A stretch of 64,000 bases of DNA from the NCBI GenBank assembly GCA_965206645.1, contig CBDBKE010000002.1:1-64000 (forward strand). Reading direction: 5' to 3'. Below, one piece after another: positions 61,957 to 64,000 of the stretch. Source of the stretch: Terriglobia bacterium. Lineage in GTDB: Bacteria; Acidobacteriota; Terriglobia; JAJPHL01; JAPKYU01. The notes beneath the pieces are model-generated. The model had not been told where the DNA came from. It saw nothing but the letters and a program-made list of their open reading frames with translations, and did no database searches. Within the stretch, counting starts at the first letter, position 1, and each line of letters begins with the position of its first letter. Position numbers and translations under genes: made by a program.

Positions 61957-62763
61957 ATGCACACCGTAGCAACCAACTATGGTTCCGGGGCTCACTTGTT
62001 GGCCGAGATTGTGGCGGCAAAACGTGCCGAAGTGGCTGAGCGCCGCGCCCGGGTTTCGGAAGCGGAGCTGGAGAAGCAAGCGCAGCGAGCCGCCGCAACC
62101 CGGCGGCCGTTCGCGGCGGCACTGGTGCGCGGCGGACGCGCCATCATTGCCGAAATGAAGCAAGCGTCGCCTTCCGGCGGCCTGCTTCGGCCCGATTACC
62201 GTCCCGCCGAGATTGCGCGCGCCTACGAAGCCGCCGGGGCGCGGGCCCTGTCGGTGTTGACTGACGGCCCCTTTTTCCGAGGCTCGCTGAATCACCTACA
62301 GGAAGCTCGCCAGGCCACCGGCCTGCCCGTGCTCCGCAAAGACTTCCTGTTGGATCCCTATCAGGTGGTTGAATCCGCCGCGGCCGGCGCCGATGCGGTG
62401 CTGCTGATTGTGGCTGTCCTGGATGCCGGTGCACTGCGTGAACTGCTGCGCTGCGCGACCGAACTTCTGTTGGACGCGTTGGTGGAAGTCCACACCGAAG
62501 AAGAAGTGGACCGAGCGGCCTCGCTCGGCGCAAAGCTCATCGGGGTGAACAACCGCAACCTCTCCACCCTGGCCGTGGACGTGGAGACTTCGCTGCACCT
62601 GCGGCCTCGGCTGCCCGCTGATGCGATCCTCGTAAGCGAGAGCGGCCTGCGGTCGCGGGAGGATCTGGACCGCCTGGAAGCTGCCGGCTACCGAGCCTTC
62701 CTGATTGGCGAGCGGCTGCTGACCGCCCCCGAGCCGGGCGCCGCGCTTCGCGCGCTGCTTTAG
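61957..62763 (+). CDS. trpC: Indole-3-glycerol-phosphate synthase
   Basis: IIAE.K.ASPS, LSVLTD..FF.GS, LRKDF, GVNNRNL, VSESG. Confidence 0.97.
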   Translation: MHTVATNYGSGAHLLAEIVAAKRAEVAERRARVSEAELEKQAQRAAATRRPFAAALVRGGRAIIAEMKQASPSGGLLRPDYRPAEIARAYEAAGARALSVLTDGPFFRGSLNHLQEARQATGLPVLRKDFLLDPYQVVESAAAGADAVLLIVAVLDAGALRELLRCATELLLDALVEVHTEEEVDRAASLGAKLIGVNNRNLSTLAVDVETSLHLRPRLPADAILVSESGLRSREDLDRLEAAGYRAFLIGERLLTAPEPGAALRALL

Positions 62764-62859
62764 TCCCAGGTCCCAAGTCCAAGGTCTAAGGGGAAGGCGG
62801 ACCCTTTGAGGGAGCCTGCGCACTTTGGACTTTGGCCCCTGGACTTTGGCCCTTAGACT
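62762..62859. repeat. Intergenic imperfect 7-bp repeats arranged as an inverted pair
   Basis: agtccc/aggtccc/aagtcca/aggtcta ... tttggac/tttggcc/cctggac/tttggcc/cttagac. Confidence 0.6.
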
Positions 62860-62866
62860 TAAAGGT

Positions 62867-63517
62867 ATGGTTCACGTCAAAATCTGCGGCATCACTGACC
62901 TGGCCAGCGCGAGTGTCGCCGTGGAGGCCGGCGCCAACGCCCTGGGCTTTAATTTCTGGCGGCCCGGGCGGCGCTACGTCCCGCCTGAGCAGGCCGCGGA
63001 AATTATTGCTGCACTGCCGCCGCAGATCTGGCCGCAGATCTGGAGAGTAGGCGTATTTGTGGATGAGGAGCCCGCCCGGGTGCTGGAGATCGCTCAAAAG
63101 GTCGGGCTGTCGGCGTTGCAGCTGCACGGATCGGAAAGCCCCGAATACCTGGAAGCGCTGCAGGACTACTTGAAGGTGAAGGCATTCCGCGTGGACCACA
63201 GCTTCGCGCCCGAGTTGCTGGCTCGCTACCGTGCCGATGCTTTCTTACTGGACGGCTCGGGAAACTCGCCCGGCGGCACCGGAACCGCCTTCGACTGGCA
63301 GCGCGCCCTGGCAGCTAAGCAGTTCGGCCGCATCGTTTTGGCTGGAGGCCTGACACCGGAAAACGTTGGGGAGGCCGTGCGGCAGGTGGCTCCCTGGGGA
63401 GTAGACGTGGCCAGCGGCGTCGAACGGGAACCCGGCAAGAAGGACCCCCATCGGGTGCGAGAATTCATCCGGGCTGTTCGGGAGGAGGAGAAGGCACAGG
63501 TGGGACAGGCGTCCTAG
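62867..63517 (+). CDS. trpF: Phosphoribosylanthranilate isomerase
   Basis: VKICGIT, VGVFVD, QLHG.E, GGTG..FDW, LAGGL.PENV, GVDVASGVE. Confidence 0.97.
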   Translation: MVHVKICGITDLASASVAVEAGANALGFNFWRPGRRYVPPEQAAEIIAALPPQIWPQIWRVGVFVDEEPARVLEIAQKVGLSALQLHGSESPEYLEALQDYLKVKAFRVDHSFAPELLARYRADAFLLDGSGNSPGGTGTAFDWQRALAAKQFGRIVLAGGLTPENVGEAVRQVAPWGVDVASGVEREPGKKDPHRVREFIRAVREEEKAQVGQAS

Positions 63518-63578
63518 CCTGCGTCCCGTTCGTGAAGTTAGGGAATTATAAGTCGTGAAATTGGGCAACTGAGAAACT

Positions 63579-64000
63579 ATGCCGAAACAGGCAAAAAGCC
63601 AGGCACGCAGCCAGGCGAGCGGCCACGCAAGAGGCCCCGCAGGAGGACGGTTCGGCACCTTCGGGGGCCGCTACGTCCCGGAAACGTTGATGGCGCCCCT
63701 GGAGGAGCTGGAGCAGGCTTACCTCGAGGCGCAGCAAGACCCGTCCTTCCAGAGGGAGCTTGAAGAACTACTGCGCTTGTACGCCGGCCGACCCACCCCG
63801 CTATTTTTAGCGCGCCGTCTGGGGGAACACCTGGGTGGCGCGCGCATCTACCTGAAGCGCGAAGACCTGCTGCACACGGGTGCCCACAAGATCAACAACT
63901 GCCTGGGACAGGCGCTGCTGGCGCGGAGAATGGGCAAGCGACGCATCATCGCGGAAACCGGTGCCGGGCAGCACGGCGTGGCCACGGCCACCGTCTGCGC
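63579..64000 (+). CDS. trpB: Tryptophan synthase beta chain (partial, runs off the window)
   Basis: [41 protein letters not shown]. Confidence 0.97.
   Translation, partial: MPKQAKSQARSQASGHARGPAGGRFGTFGGRYVPETLMAPLEELEQAYLEAQQDPSFQRELEELLRLYAGRPTPLFLARRLGEHLGGARIYLKREDLLHTGAHKINNCLGQALLARRMGKRRIIAETGAGQHGVATATVC

Noticed and set aside
63020-63043. 12-bp duplication in trpF (PQIWPQIW) and the 17-bp repeat at 55816-55852
   Set aside because: Small local duplications with no evident functional consequence.
1-64000. CRISPR array, cas genes or integron attC array
   Set aside because: I saw no regularly spaced repeat-spacer structure, cas motif or integron integrase signature.

Overview
GC-rich bacterial window, most likely Acidobacteriota (a TIGR03437-type C-terminal domain protein, and the BamA/TamA-SurA-TamB and trmFO-xerC-trpC arrangements). 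The right part (~44.9-64 kb) is intact housekeeping DNA: rsmI, a ThiF/MoeB protein, Omp85-SurA-TamB, pcm, a radical SAM protein, a rhomboid protease, a CDF transporter, ogt, trmFO, xerC and trpC/F/B. The left ~44.8 kb is an IS-riddled accessory region (IS1380, IS30, IS6, IS3, IS1182, IS1-like) centred on tRNA-Arg(CCG) at 25238-25314. Two unrelated tyrosine-integrase elements converge on this tRNA, one from each side, and the right-hand integrase appears to supply the tRNA promoter. The left element is a compact, satellite-like module: integrase, MerR-like regulator, excisionase, a divergent sigma-like ORF, a DUF5659-like ORF, a P-loop helicase-like ORF, and a perfect (TTTCTTC)14 tract flanked by CGTCAT repeats. 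Also present are an IS1-like cargo transposon found twice with different cargo, a higBA cassette between duplicated hsdM 3' ends, and IS1182 inserted at a palindrome inside IS3. All family assignments come from reading motifs by eye; no database searches were run.
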